Positions 32,457 to 42,940 of a stretch of 57,623 bases of DNA are shown here, piece after piece (positions within the stretch are counted from its first letter, which is position 1; each line of letters opens with the position of its first letter). The DNA is from a virus, in the IMG/VR virus record IMGVR_UViG_3300045988_078563. The stretch is one strand, 5' to 3'. The translations under genes and the position numbers were made by a program. A model generated the notes under the pieces. That model made no database searches, had not been told where the DNA came from, and was given only the letters and a program-made list of their open reading frames with translations.

Positions 32457-35447
32457 ATGGCAGACGGAAAAGTTATAATCGAAACTGGCTTGGATATGAC
32501 TGGTGCAACTAAAGATTTGAATAATCTTGGTAAAACCATTGAAAAAGAAGGAAAAGAAATTCCTCCTATAAAACCTGAAGTAAAGCCAGAAGTTGATGAA
32601 AAAGCTAAAACCAAGACGAAAGCTGATATTAATAGTTTAGTCGAGGAAGTAAATAGAATACTCAAAAATGCTAAAACAGATGTAAACATCAATGTATCTG
32701 ATGATGACCTTAATATAGTTTCTTCCAGAATTGATACTATATTATCTAATACCCAGTTAGTCACCTCTGAAAAAGTAAAGAAAATCAATGCTGAGTTTAA
32801 AAAAATCGGTATATCTGGTATAGGAGATAACGTAGAACAAAATGTCACATCTAAGATAGAACAAGGTATGGATAAAGCCACTAAAGCTACAAATAAAGCT
32901 ACACAAGCAACACACAAAGCAACACAAGCTAATAAAGATTTAGATAAACAATCAAAAACACTAAATAATAGTCTTAAAAAAACTGGAACAATTGGTGCTA
33001 ATGCGATGCAGAAAATATCTAAATCAACTAATGGCTCAATTAGCTCTGTATCAGGTCTTAAAGGTGCTTTAGGTAAGATAATAGGTGTGTTAGGTACTAT
33101 TGTATCTATAAGAGCTTTAATCGATTTAGGTAAACAATCTGTTAATTTAGCTTCAGACTTGACGGAAGTACAGAATGTTGTTGATACTGCTTTCGGTTCT
33201 ATGTCACAGAAGATGGAAGATTTTGCGGACACAGCTATTGAAACATATGGTATATCTAAACTGACTGCTAAGAATATAGGTTCCACCTATACAGCTATGG
33301 CAAGAGGTATGGGTCAGTCATTAGATGAAGCCACAGACAAAGCACTTGAAATGACTGGAAGAGTAGCAGACATAGCTTCCTTCTATAATCTAACTATAGA
33401 TAGAGCTAACACAATAGGAAGAGCTGTATATTCAGGTGAGACGGAACCTTTGAAGCAAATTGGTGTTATAATGACAGAAGACCAATTGGCGGCATTTGCT
33501 TTGGCTAATGGTTATGATACATTATATAAGAATATGAATGCCGCTCAGAAATTGGAAGTACGACAAGCATACTTCTTATCACAGACTAATCTTGCCGCTG
33601 GAGATTTTGTTAAAACTCAAGATTCTTGGGCTAACCAGACTAAGATTTTATCTGAAAGATGGAAAGAGTTCCTTTCTGTTTTAGGCACAGGACTTATTCA
33701 AGTATTAACACCAGTGATAAAGTTTTTAAATCAATTTCTATCTATGATAACATCTGCTTTAATTGCTTTTAATAAGTTTTTGGGTATTAATACAGAAGTA
33801 TCTTCCACAGGTGCGGCAGGTATAGCAGATATTGCAGATAGTATGGATGATGTTACAGATAGTACTAAAGAAGCTACTAAAGCACAAAAAGATTTACTGG
33901 GTAGCTATGATAAACTTAATGTGATACAGAAAGATACAAGTTCTGATACGTCAGGCACTGGTGCAACTGGCGGAGCAGGAACCAGTGGTTTAGATATAAC
34001 TGAAACTGTAGATAATTCTAAACTACAAGCTTTTAACAATTATTCAGAAAAGATAAAATCTATATTACAGAATTTAAGTTCTTATATCAATACCAATTTT
34101 GGACAAAGTATCACAAATTTTGTTGATAACCTTAAAAATAATGCTTCAAATTCCTTCAACATAGTTAAAAAAGTAATAGAGGATATAAAATCTTTATTGC
34201 CAGCTTTTACAACGTATCTACAGACGGATTTTGCAGATTTAATTAATGCTGTAATTACTAATATTGACGTAAAAGTGAATGGAATATGGGATACACTCAA
34301 TATGATATTTTCTGATTTATGGGATATAGTTATATTTCCATTTTTAACTAAAATGGTGGAAGAAGGATTGCCAATGATTACACAATTCTATACGGAATGG
34401 TTGGATACTTCTTCTTTAATATTTAGTGAAATTAAAGATGATTTTGATATGCTTTGGACAGAAGGTGTTGTTCCTGCGTTAGAATTATTTCGAGATGTAT
34501 TCAGTGATATTATAGATGATGTATCTGCAAAATGGAATGAATATGGTGTTCCTATATTCGATGGGATAAGAGAAACTATCAAAGAAGTTAGTGACTTATT
34601 TAAGAATATATGGGAAACTATCTTGAAACCTATATGGGATAAAATTATGGATACACTAGATGAAATATGGGAAGACCATCTTCGTATATTATTACAAAAT
34701 ATAATAGATTTTGTTGCTAAAGTCATATTATTAGTAGAAAAAATTATAAATAAAGTAATAATACCTATAGTAGATTGGGTTGTAGATGTTTTAGGTCCAA
34801 GTATAGTAGATGTTATTAATAATATAATAGATAAAGTAAAGATAGTTGTGAACACTATAATTGACGTAGTGGCTAAAATAGTAGCTATACTTACTGATAT
34901 TATAGATTTTATAGACGCGGTATTCTCTGGTGACTGGGAAAGAGCGTGGAGTAACATTAAAGATATTTTTGCTAATATTATAGGAATAATAGGAGATATT
35001 GCAAAAGGATTAGTTAATACAGTTGTTGGATTCATTAATACGTTGCTTAATGGTGTAGAATCTGCAATAAATCTTATTGTACGAGCATTGAATTCTATAT
35101 CTATTGATATACCAGACTTCGTTCCTGGAATCGGTGGAGAACATATAGGATTTGATATACCTAAAGTAGATATAAGTAGAATACCTTATCTTGCTAGTGG
35201 AGCAGTTATTCCTCCAAACAAAGAATTTATGGCGGTGTTAGGTGACCAGTCATCAGGTACTAACATCGAAACACCACTGAAAACTATGATAGAAGCTTTC
35301 AATAAAGCCTTAGATGCAAGAGGAGGTAATTCTAAAGAACCTATCATATTACAATTACCTAATGGAAAAGTTATTGCTGAACTTGTATGGAGTGAAGAGG
35401 AGAAACGCTATAAACAAACAGGTTCTTATAAACCACGTTATTCTTAG
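32457..35447 (+). CDS. Tape measure protein
   Basis: 996 aa, coiled-coil/low-complexity N-terminus, hydrophobic central segments. Confidence 0.85.
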   Translation: MADGKVIIETGLDMTGATKDLNNLGKTIEKEGKEIPPIKPEVKPEVDEKAKTKTKADINSLVEEVNRILKNAKTDVNINVSDDDLNIVSSRIDTILSNTQLVTSEKVKKINAEFKKIGISGIGDNVEQNVTSKIEQGMDKATKATNKATQATHKATQANKDLDKQSKTLNNSLKKTGTIGANAMQKISKSTNGSISSVSGLKGALGKIIGVLGTIVSIRALIDLGKQSVNLASDLTEVQNVVDTAFGSMSQKMEDFADTAIETYGISKLTAKNIGSTYTAMARGMGQSLDEATDKALEMTGRVADIASFYNLTIDRANTIGRAVYSGETEPLKQIGVIMTEDQLAAFALANGYDTLYKNMNAAQKLEVRQAYFLSQTNLAAGDFVKTQDSWANQTKILSERWKEFLSVLGTGLIQVLTPVIKFLNQFLSMITSALIAFNKFLGINTEVSSTGAAGIADIADSMDDVTDSTKEATKAQKDLLGSYDKLNVIQKDTSSDTSGTGATGGAGTSGLDITETVDNSKLQAFNNYSEKIKSILQNLSSYINTNFGQSITNFVDNLKNNASNSFNIVKKVIEDIKSLLPAFTTYLQTDFADLINAVITNIDVKVNGIWDTLNMIFSDLWDIVIFPFLTKMVEEGLPMITQFYTEWLDTSSLIFSEIKDDFDMLWTEGVVPALELFRDVFSDIIDDVSAKWNEYGVPIFDGIRETIKEVSDLFKNIWETILKPIWDKIMDTLDEIWEDHLRILLQNIIDFVAKVILLVEKIINKVIIPIVDWVVDVLGPSIVDVINNIIDKVKIVVNTIIDVVAKIVAILTDIIDFIDAVFSGDWERAWSNIKDIFANIIGIIGDIAKGLVNTVVGFINTLLNGVESAINLIVRALNSISIDIPDFVPGIGGEHIGFDIPKVDISRIPYLASGAVIPPNKEFMAVLGDQSSGTNIETPLKTMIEAFNKALDARGGNSKEPIILQLPNGKVIAELVWSEEEKRYKQTGSYKPRYS

Positions 35448-35457
35448 GAGGTACAAG

Positions 35458-35877
35458 ATGAGTAATTTTAAAGGTTATTTATTAAGAGCAGTTAGAACAG
35501 ATACAATATTTCCTAATGATTATATACTTTATTCCAGCTGGAAATCAACACCTAATCAGCGAGAAGAGATAAAAGCTTATAGAGATGATAATACAAGAGA
35601 ATTATATAGAGTTACAGCCGAAGGACAAAAAAGTATATTTCAATTTGATACAATTGATGGTTTATCGTTACAAGATAAAATAAATATTCAAAATTTCTTC
35701 ACATCTGCGGAAATAAATACAAAAGAAAGAAAAGTACAATTGGAGTTCTGGAATGAAGAAAATAATCAATATAGCATTGGTTATTTCTATAGACCTAATA
35801 TGGAATTCACTATACAGGATATAAGTGAAGATGATATAACATACAGTTCTTTAACATTTGAATTTGTTGAATACTAA
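35458..35877 (+). CDS. Distal tail protein candidate
   Basis: GGAGG before ATG 35458. The track start 35314 lies inside the tape measure gene. Confidence 0.4.
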   Translation: MSNFKGYLLRAVRTDTIFPNDYILYSSWKSTPNQREEIKAYRDDNTRELYRVTAEGQKSIFQFDTIDGLSLQDKINIQNFFTSAEINTKERKVQLEFWNEENNQYSIGYFYRPNMEFTIQDISEDDITYSSLTFEFVEY

Positions 35878-35894
35878 GAAAGGATACTTTTAAA

Positions 35895-38414
35895 ATGGCT
35901 AGAAAAACTTTGATTTATATTGAAGAAATTGAAGGCGAATTATATCCATCTGAAAACATATACCCTGCCGATAATATGTACCCTAATTTGGGTACGTTAA
36001 TTATCGGTGAGGTTACTGGGGTGAACTATACAGGTATTGTTAGTGGTTCGTTATCCCTTAATGAGTTATTAATGGATAACGAACTCACAATAGGTAAATG
36101 CTGTTCAAACAAGTTTGAAGTCGAATTATACAATGTTCGTTCTGATTTGAGTAAGCATAAAATATCTGTAATACAAAGAATTGATGATAGACAGATTGAT
36201 GTATTTACAGGTATTATAGACTCTAGTGAGAAAAATGATGATGGAATAACAAGGAAAATAACTGCATATGATATATACTATTTTAAGAAGGATTTGGACG
36301 TTGCAAGCTGGTGGAATCCTTTATTTGATAACCAAGCTAAGCACACGATTAAAGAATTAAGGGAAGGTTTACTTACTTATCTAGGAATTCCCTTTAGTAA
36401 GGTAACTTTACCTAACGATAATGTACAATTTGATAATACAACATTATTCAACAGTATTACAGCTGATACATTATTAACACTGTTATGTGAGTTCTCTGGT
36501 GTTACACCCAACATCAATCGTTCAGGTGTTATGGAATTTTTATATTTGGGTACAACACAAAAAAACTTAACAGACTTATACGAAAAGAATACAAGCACAT
36601 TTGAGGATTATACAACAGCTGATATTACAGGAATTCAGCTGTATGGTGACTCTAATAGTGTTGCACAAATTGTAGGAACTGAAGATAATTCATTTGCAAT
36701 ATCCAGCAATGCTTTAATGCTGACTAAATCAGCTTCAGAACTTGATACAATACTTAATAACATATTTGATACTTTAAAATCTATTAAATATGTTCCAAGT
36801 GACGTACATATGATAGAGTCAGATTGGAATATACACCTAGGTGATAAAGTTAGTACAGAACACGGAATTCACTATGTTATGGAACTTGATTTTAGTGGTT
36901 CGATATTTATTGAACAAACTTTAAAATCAGTTGCGAAAGGTGAAACATTAGAAAATAGCCCTAGTAATTCCAGAGACTTAATGGCATTTGACGGAAAAAT
37001 TTCAAAGGTAGAAAAAAATATTGATGGACTTACAGTAGAATTTAGCGATGCTATTAAAGCAACAAACGCTAAAATAGATGTGACAGCAGAACAAATAAAA
37101 ACAGAAGTAGGTAAAAATTACACAACAAAAACAGAAACATCAGAAGTTCAACAAAGTTTAAAATCAAGTATTAACGAAACAGCAGAACAAATAAAAACAG
37201 AAGTAAGTGAAACTTATAGCACTAAAGATGAAACACAAGAAATAAAGAAGGATTTAGGTAGTAGCATTGAACAAAGTGCTAGCAGTGTACTGGCTACTGT
37301 AGAAAAAACTTATAGCACTAAGACGGAAGCACAAAACTTGGAAACAGCTTTAAAACTATATGCAGATAGTGCAAGTTTATCTGCCGCAGGTACAGTAAGT
37401 AATAAGGTAGATAATGTACAGAAAACCCTTCAAGCTTCAATTGACGTAAAGGTAAATACAAAAGATTTGATTTCTGAAATAAATGCTAGTGCGGATGTTA
37501 TCACATTAAAAGGAAACAGAATATCTATCACTTCAAGCAATGCAAGTTGGGATAAAGATGGAAATGTTAAATTTAATAAAGGTGTAATTGGACAATGGAC
37601 TATATATGATGGATTATATAGTAAGACAATGGATAATAATGGATATGTACGACAAGCTTGGATGCGAGGTCCAAATGTAGCTGATAACAATTGTGATAAC
37701 ACTTGGATATATTCCGTTCAGAAAGGTGATAGAGTGGGAGAAAACCCAGGTTCATTAACTGGTTTATGGGTAGTTTATGGTAATGGTAATATGAAAGCTC
37801 AAGATATATATTGTAAAAATGTGACTTGTGAAGAATTACAATGCGGGTCAGATGGCAATGCTAAACTTGTAAGTTTTTATGCAAATAACCCTAATTCAGA
37901 AGATATTCCGGCTACAAACGTGTGTATATATAATGCTGAAGAGGTTCATTATCGTTATACAATGACAGAGTTCTCTTTATGGGGGTCAATGATTGCTAAA
38001 TTTGCTATTACAGCAGAAGGTGGTTTTATTGGAACAATGGCATCTGATTCTGATAGAAATGTTAAAAAAGATATTAATTCATTAGATATAGACCAATCAG
38101 CTAACTTCGTGTACAGCCTAAACCCGTGTGAATTCCGAATGATTGAAGGTACTTCTAATAGGCTACATCACGGATTTATCGCACAAGAAGTTAAAGAAAC
38201 AATGGGTGATGCTGATTGGGGTTTATTCATTGATAAACAAATCAATTCACCCGATTATCAAACTATAATAGTAGATGATAGCGGAAAAATTGAAAAAAAA
38301 TTGACCGCAAGGTACGCTCTGCGTTATGATGAACTTATAGCTGATTTAGTGGCTACAGCACAATCACAAAATAAACGTATATTAGAATTAGAGAAGTTAA
38401 TAAAGGAGAGATAA
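35895..38414 (+). CDS. Tail-associated fibre protein with a C-terminal intramolecular chaperone (Peptidase_S74) domain
   Basis: SDRNVKKDI...HHGFIAQEV autoproteolysis/chaperone motif. Internal units of about 32 aa (TAEQIKTEV...). Confidence 0.7.
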   Translation: MARKTLIYIEEIEGELYPSENIYPADNMYPNLGTLIIGEVTGVNYTGIVSGSLSLNELLMDNELTIGKCCSNKFEVELYNVRSDLSKHKISVIQRIDDRQIDVFTGIIDSSEKNDDGITRKITAYDIYYFKKDLDVASWWNPLFDNQAKHTIKELREGLLTYLGIPFSKVTLPNDNVQFDNTTLFNSITADTLLTLLCEFSGVTPNINRSGVMEFLYLGTTQKNLTDLYEKNTSTFEDYTTADITGIQLYGDSNSVAQIVGTEDNSFAISSNALMLTKSASELDTILNNIFDTLKSIKYVPSDVHMIESDWNIHLGDKVSTEHGIHYVMELDFSGSIFIEQTLKSVAKGETLENSPSNSRDLMAFDGKISKVEKNIDGLTVEFSDAIKATNAKIDVTAEQIKTEVGKNYTTKTETSEVQQSLKSSINETAEQIKTEVSETYSTKDETQEIKKDLGSSIEQSASSVLATVEKTYSTKTEAQNLETALKLYADSASLSAAGTVSNKVDNVQKTLQASIDVKVNTKDLISEINASADVITLKGNRISITSSNASWDKDGNVKFNKGVIGQWTIYDGLYSKTMDNNGYVRQAWMRGPNVADNNCDNTWIYSVQKGDRVGENPGSLTGLWVVYGNGNMKAQDIYCKNVTCEELQCGSDGNAKLVSFYANNPNSEDIPATNVCIYNAEEVHYRYTMTEFSLWGSMIAKFAITAEGGFIGTMASDSDRNVKKDINSLDIDQSANFVYSLNPCEFRMIEGTSNRLHHGFIAQEVKETMGDADWGLFIDKQINSPDYQTIIVDDSGKIEKKLTARYALRYDELIADLVATAQSQNKRILELEKLIKER

Positions 38415-38416
38415 TT

Positions 38417-38623
38417 ATGGAAAAATCAGTAGGCTTACAGATGATGGAACTCACAAACAAATTAATGAATGATATTATAGATAGTGAATTACCAGCAACT
38501 TTAATTCATTATGTCATTGATGATATTGCAAGAGAAATTAATGCACAAGCTAAGAATAATCTTGTTGCAGAGATTAATGAATTACAGCAAAATAAGGAAA
38601 AGGAGGATTGTGCTAATGAATAA
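38417..38623 (+). CDS. Hypothetical small tail-module protein
   Basis: ORF track. Confidence 0.5.
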   Translation: MEKSVGLQMMELTNKLMNDIIDSELPATLIHYVIDDIAREINAQAKNNLVAEINELQQNKEKEDCANE

Positions 38624-40880
38624 AGTATATGAACGTATTAATTGGGAAAATTATCCTTCAATTCATACACCAATTAACGAAAAAAACTTAAACAAACTTG
38701 ATTTTGCGGCAGACGCTCTTGATAATCGTATCATTAATTTAGATACAGCAAAAGTAGATAAATCAAGTATTCAAACAAATGTAGCTGATTGGACTATGGA
38801 TAGTGATACCGGTATTATTACTATCACAAAAGTTAATGGGGAAAAGGTTATATTTGACTTGAATATAGAGAAAATACCAATTGAGTTTAAGCTTACACCA
38901 GAAGGAATACTTATAATGATAACAGATGATGGAACACAGTTTAAAGCTGATATAGGTTCAATGATACCCATATTAACTTTCAATTCCTCATCTGAAATAC
39001 AAGTAACAGTTACAGGCACAGGAATAAATAAAGTTTATTCTTTCAGTATTATTAAGAATTCTATAACTGAAGATAAATTGGAAGCTAATTATTTAGCAGA
39101 TATTAAAACAGAAGTAGCTAAAGCACAATCTTCTAGTAAAACAGCTACTGATGCCGCTACTACTGCCACGAATATGGCTAACAATGCAAAATCATACAGC
39201 GAAAATGCCGCCGCATCTAAAATGAGTGCAGAGACTGCCGCTTCAATTTCCGAGACAAACTCACAGCAAGCTTCTACAAGTGCTAATAATGCGGCAAAAT
39301 CAGAAGCTAATGCAAAACTTTATATGAATGCTGCATTAAACAGCAGTTTAGATGCCGAAACATCCAAAAATCAGTCTGACTTAAATGCAGAAGCGGCTTC
39401 ACAAGCGGCTACTCTAGCTAAATCTTATGCAGTCGGTGGAACAAATACAAGAACGGATGAAGATACAGATAATGCAAAATATTATTCAGAACAAGCTAAG
39501 CAATCCGCAAAAAATAGTGTAACTATATATAATGACGCAACACATACTAATGGGGTTAATAATTACAAGGGACCTAATGATATAAATGCAACAGAATTCG
39601 TGGTTGGAATGAGTAGAGGTGCGTCCGGTAATCCCTTAAATAAAAAAAGTTGGATTCATTTACTAAATTTAGGATGGAATGCTGATAATCCTCAGAATTG
39701 GATTACACAACTTGCATTTGGTACAGAAGCAGGTACTGGTATGTACTATCGAAGTGCTAATGATGTTATAAAACTACCAAATAAACCTTGGACTCGTGTA
39801 TTAGATAGTCAAAATTATAGAGATTATATAGGTGAAACATCAAATAAGATTAGTCTTACAATGCCTAATTGCGTTATTATGCTACCACAGAGTATAAATT
39901 ATGTATCCACATTTAGTAAGCAACAACTTACAGAATGGGCAAAAACAACTCAATGTAATTTGTATACTTATGCAGATGATATAGATGATAATGAAGATGA
40001 ATTAAATGTAAGTATAACTGAAAAAATTATGGACGTATACAATGCTAATGCTTCCGTGATTAATAGTGCAGATTCAATCTTCATATGTATTCCTATTTAT
40101 TATCATAATCAATCTGTTAATATTGGTAATATGAAAGATTATTGGGATAGCTATAAAATTAACTGTATATATACACTATTTGACACTTTTAACCAAAATG
40201 GAATAACTAATACTCGTAAAGTATATGTAATAGGTATAATTCCAGATGAGTATGAATATTTAACGCTACTGGATATAATACAATATTCTAATTTTAAACG
40301 TGAAGTTAGGTCTTCCTATACTAATGCAGGTACATTAATAGATTTTACTATTTTCAATTGTGTACAATTAAGTAATCTTCACAACATATTAAAATCTTAT
40401 GTATACTCTAAGTACAATAACTTACCTGTTACTGTGATGGATTTAGTAAGTTATGATAGTAGTTTTACTGAATTAACAATACCTGGTTATAGGTATAATA
40501 ATAGTACAGGAGCAATAGTTGCATCAACTGCTATAAATATAGTATACTCATTCTCACCTAACAGGTTAAAGCTTAAGCTGATATTAAATGGCTCACAGTA
40601 TATTAGACAGCTACCTAATAATAGTCATATAGAATTCAGTGGTGTAGATATGATACCCGAATATCTAATGCCTATTAGAATACCATTAGGTTCTTTAAAG
40701 TTATTTGGAGGCACTACTTATAATGAGGCATATTTAGATATATATTCAAGTTATCTAACAATTGGATATCACAATTACAGCTCAAATAGCGGAAGTGAAC
40801 AAACTATAACCAATGCAGGTTATTATAATATAGGTGCTTATGAAAATTCGCTTGAAGTTGAGATTGATACAACAATATGA
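38616..40880 (+). CDS. Tail fibre / receptor-binding protein
   Basis: AAGGAGG before ATG 38616. N-terminus YERINWENYPSIHTPINEKNLNKLD. Ala/Ser-rich coiled region. Confidence 0.65.
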   Translation: MNKVYERINWENYPSIHTPINEKNLNKLDFAADALDNRIINLDTAKVDKSSIQTNVADWTMDSDTGIITITKVNGEKVIFDLNIEKIPIEFKLTPEGILIMITDDGTQFKADIGSMIPILTFNSSSEIQVTVTGTGINKVYSFSIIKNSITEDKLEANYLADIKTEVAKAQSSSKTATDAATTATNMANNAKSYSENAAASKMSAETAASISETNSQQASTSANNAAKSEANAKLYMNAALNSSLDAETSKNQSDLNAEAASQAATLAKSYAVGGTNTRTDEDTDNAKYYSEQAKQSAKNSVTIYNDATHTNGVNNYKGPNDINATEFVVGMSRGASGNPLNKKSWIHLLNLGWNADNPQNWITQLAFGTEAGTGMYYRSANDVIKLPNKPWTRVLDSQNYRDYIGETSNKISLTMPNCVIMLPQSINYVSTFSKQQLTEWAKTTQCNLYTYADDIDDNEDELNVSITEKIMDVYNANASVINSADSIFICIPIYYHNQSVNIGNMKDYWDSYKINCIYTLFDTFNQNGITNTRKVYVIGIIPDEYEYLTLLDIIQYSNFKREVRSSYTNAGTLIDFTIFNCVQLSNLHNILKSYVYSKYNNLPVTVMDLVSYDSSFTELTIPGYRYNNSTGAIVASTAINIVYSFSPNRLKLKLILNGSQYIRQLPNNSHIEFSGVDMIPEYLMPIRIPLGSLKLFGGTTYNEAYLDIYSSYLTIGYHNYSSNSGSEQTITNAGYYNIGAYENSLEVEIDTTI

Positions 40881-40890
40881 AAATAATAAC

Positions 40891-40919
40891 TTGTAATCCT
40901 TTAACATTTATATTATAAT
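40891..40919 (+). promoter_or_regulatory. Sigma-A-type promoter of the lysis cassette (TTGTAA-N17-TATAAT)
   Basis: ttgtaa 40891-40896; tataat 40914-40919. Confidence 0.6.
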
Positions 40920-40949
40920 GTAATTATCAAAATGAAAGGAGTAAATTAA

Positions 40950-41909
40950 ATGGAATTTCCAGTAGTACAGACTAAGTATGACCACGTTAATAAGTTCATT
41001 AATACTTTAGCACCTATTGTATGTAATGAATGGTTAAGACGTAGAAACTTAGGAAATAAAACAATCTCACCTGCGGTTGTATTAGCACAGGCAGGTCTTG
41101 AGTCTGGATGGAACCTCGAAGCTAAAACATTATTCGGTATTAAAGGTGATGGAGAAACATTAGATACATCTGAATTCATTAATGGCGAATATGTGCATAT
41201 TAAAGATAGCTTTAAGTCATACCCAGGATTAGCCGAAGCAGTTCAGGGTTATTATGAACTTATGCAGTGGGAAAATTATGATGATGCCACATCTGCTACC
41301 ACAGCTGAGGGCGAATTATATGGTTTAACTAATGCAGTAAACGGCACAGACCGAGATGCAGAGGGTAATCCGGTTGGTTACAATTATGCAACATCACCTG
41401 ATTATTATGCAAACTGCTTATCAATTGTCAACAATTTCGGATTAACAGTATTCAACACTTATGTGGAGTCAACAGAAGGTAACTCGGAACCTGATGTTCC
41501 TACAGATGATGAAAATACTAATCCTATAAAATCAACTGAAGAACTTGCGGACGAGATATATCGTGGTGAATGGGGAAATAACCCAGAAAGACGTGAAAGA
41601 ATTACAGAAGCTGGTTACGATTATGAAGCGGCTCAGGCAAGAATGATGGAAAAGTATTATCCTGAATTAAATGTACCTGTATTAAATGTACCTGTTAATG
41701 ATACACCTGCAGAAGATAGTTCAGCTCCTACAGACTTCAATGTTGGCGACAAAGTAAGATTTACAGGTTCAACTGATATTAATGGAACACCTCTCAAGTA
41801 TACTGACAGAGAATATGAAGTATATCAAACTGGAGATGATTTCATTGTATTGTCCATTGATGGACAAATATATGCGAGAGTAGCTCGTAATGAGGTTGAA
41901 CATATTTAA
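40950..41909 (+). CDS. Endolysin: GH73 N-acetylglucosaminidase + Cpl-7-like repeat + SH3-like C-terminus
   Basis: LAQAGLESGWN...LFGIKG; YRGEWGNNPERRERITEAGYDYEAAQ. Confidence 0.85.
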   Translation: MEFPVVQTKYDHVNKFINTLAPIVCNEWLRRRNLGNKTISPAVVLAQAGLESGWNLEAKTLFGIKGDGETLDTSEFINGEYVHIKDSFKSYPGLAEAVQGYYELMQWENYDDATSATTAEGELYGLTNAVNGTDRDAEGNPVGYNYATSPDYYANCLSIVNNFGLTVFNTYVESTEGNSEPDVPTDDENTNPIKSTEELADEIYRGEWGNNPERRERITEAGYDYEAAQARMMEKYYPELNVPVLNVPVNDTPAEDSSAPTDFNVGDKVRFTGSTDINGTPLKYTDREYEVYQTGDDFIVLSIDGQIYARVARNEVEHI

Positions 41910-42092
41910 TTGTCAACACAAAATAAATTAGGTGACATTGTTTCTGGTACTTTGATAAAATTTCCTGGAGACAATGTCATTTATGTTGTAGGAGAAATTT
42001 TCGCTAATGCCTATTGTAAATTATATGATGCAAATACACATAAATATAAAAATAAATATACAATAGCCGAAATTAAAGCTTATGTGAGGTGA
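41910..42092 (+). CDS. Small SH3-like protein
   Basis: TTG start; resembles the endolysin C-terminal module. Confidence 0.4.
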   Translation: MSTQNKLGDIVSGTLIKFPGDNVIYVVGEIFANAYCKLYDANTHKYKNKYTIAEIKAYVR

Positions 42093-42097
42093 TATTA

Positions 42098-42382
42098 ATG
42101 GAAATTTGGGTTAGTTTAATAAGTTCATTAATCACTGGGGGATTAGCTTTATTAGGAGTTATATATACTTCTCGTAGACAGCACGATATTACTATTCAGG
42201 AAGTGAAAACTGAAGTAGCTTTAATCAAAAAAGACATAACTACATTAGAAACAAGTGTTTCCAAACATAATGGAGTAGTAGAGAGAATGTTTGCCGCTGA
42301 GAAAGCAATAACTCTATTAGACGAAAAGGTGAAAGTAGCAAATAACCGAATAGCTGACTTAGAGGAGGAATCTAAAAAATGA
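42098..42382 (+). CDS. N-terminally membrane-anchored coiled-coil protein (lysis-associated)
   Basis: One TM (WVSLISSLITGGLALLGVIY), then a coiled coil. GAGGTGA RBS. Confidence 0.5.
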   Translation: MEIWVSLISSLITGGLALLGVIYTSRRQHDITIQEVKTEVALIKKDITTLETSVSKHNGVVERMFAAEKAITLLDEKVKVANNRIADLEEESKK

Positions 42383-42588
42383 AACTTACAGACAGTACAT
42401 ATAATATAATGAAGTGGATAGCTCTTATTGCACTTCCGGCTTTAATTACTTTCTATGGTGTTGTAGGAGCAACCTGTAATATTCCTTATACAGATACAGT
42501 ATTAACAATAGCAACAGCATTTGACGCAATGCTTGGAACATTATTAGGTATCAGCACTAATACTTATAATAAGAATAAGAATAATTAA
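42379..42588 (+). CDS. Holin (Phage_holin_1-like)
   Basis: YNIMKWIALIALPALITFYGVVG...TIATAFDAMLGTLLGIS. Confidence 0.75.
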   Translation: MKLTDSTYNIMKWIALIALPALITFYGVVGATCNIPYTDTVLTIATAFDAMLGTLLGISTNTYNKNKNN

Positions 42589-42611
42589 AGATAACACAGG
42601 AGGGCTTGTGT

Positions 42612-42833
42612 ATGGAACAGAATGAAACATTAGCAACAGAATTATTACACGAAGTTAAATGCTCCAGTAGAAGAAATTTTATTTTATTCATAATAACTCT
42701 GGTTATGTTATTCGTGACTAATGCGTTATGGTTATATGCTTGGACATTACCAGTTGAAGAGACAGCAGTTACAACTACTACAACCACAGTAGACCAAAAT
42801 GCTGAAGATAATGGTGCTAACCACATACATTGA
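42612..42833 (+). CDS. Small membrane protein (lysis module)
   Basis: AGGAGGG RBS; one TM. Confidence 0.5.
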   Translation: MEQNETLATELLHEVKCSSRRNFILFIITLVMLFVTNALWLYAWTLPVEETAVTTTTTTVDQNAEDNGANHIH

Positions 42834-42853
42834 TAGTGAAGGAGATGTAAATT

Positions 42854-42940
42854 ATGGCGAGACAGACAATTAAGAAAACTTCCACAACTACATCCACAAA
42901 GCGTAGAAGAGGTGGAGGTAGTAGAAAGGGTCGTAAATAA
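42854..42940 (+). CDS. 28-aa Arg/Lys/Thr-rich peptide
   Basis: GAAGGAG RBS; taATG coupling to the next gene. MARQTIKKTSTTTSTKRRRGGGSRKGRK. Confidence 0.35.
   Translation: MARQTIKKTSTTTSTKRRRGGGSRKGRK

Noticed and set aside
32435-33286. 283-aa ORF on the minus strand (also 34388..35035 at 215 aa, 8253..8660, 3407..3796 and every other minus-strand ORF in the track)
   Set aside because: They lie antisense to well-supported + strand genes (tape measure, helicase and others). Their translations are low-complexity Leu/Ser/Ile-rich, as expected from reading AT-rich coding DNA backwards. They have no RBS, and the whole genome is otherwise strictly unidirectional.
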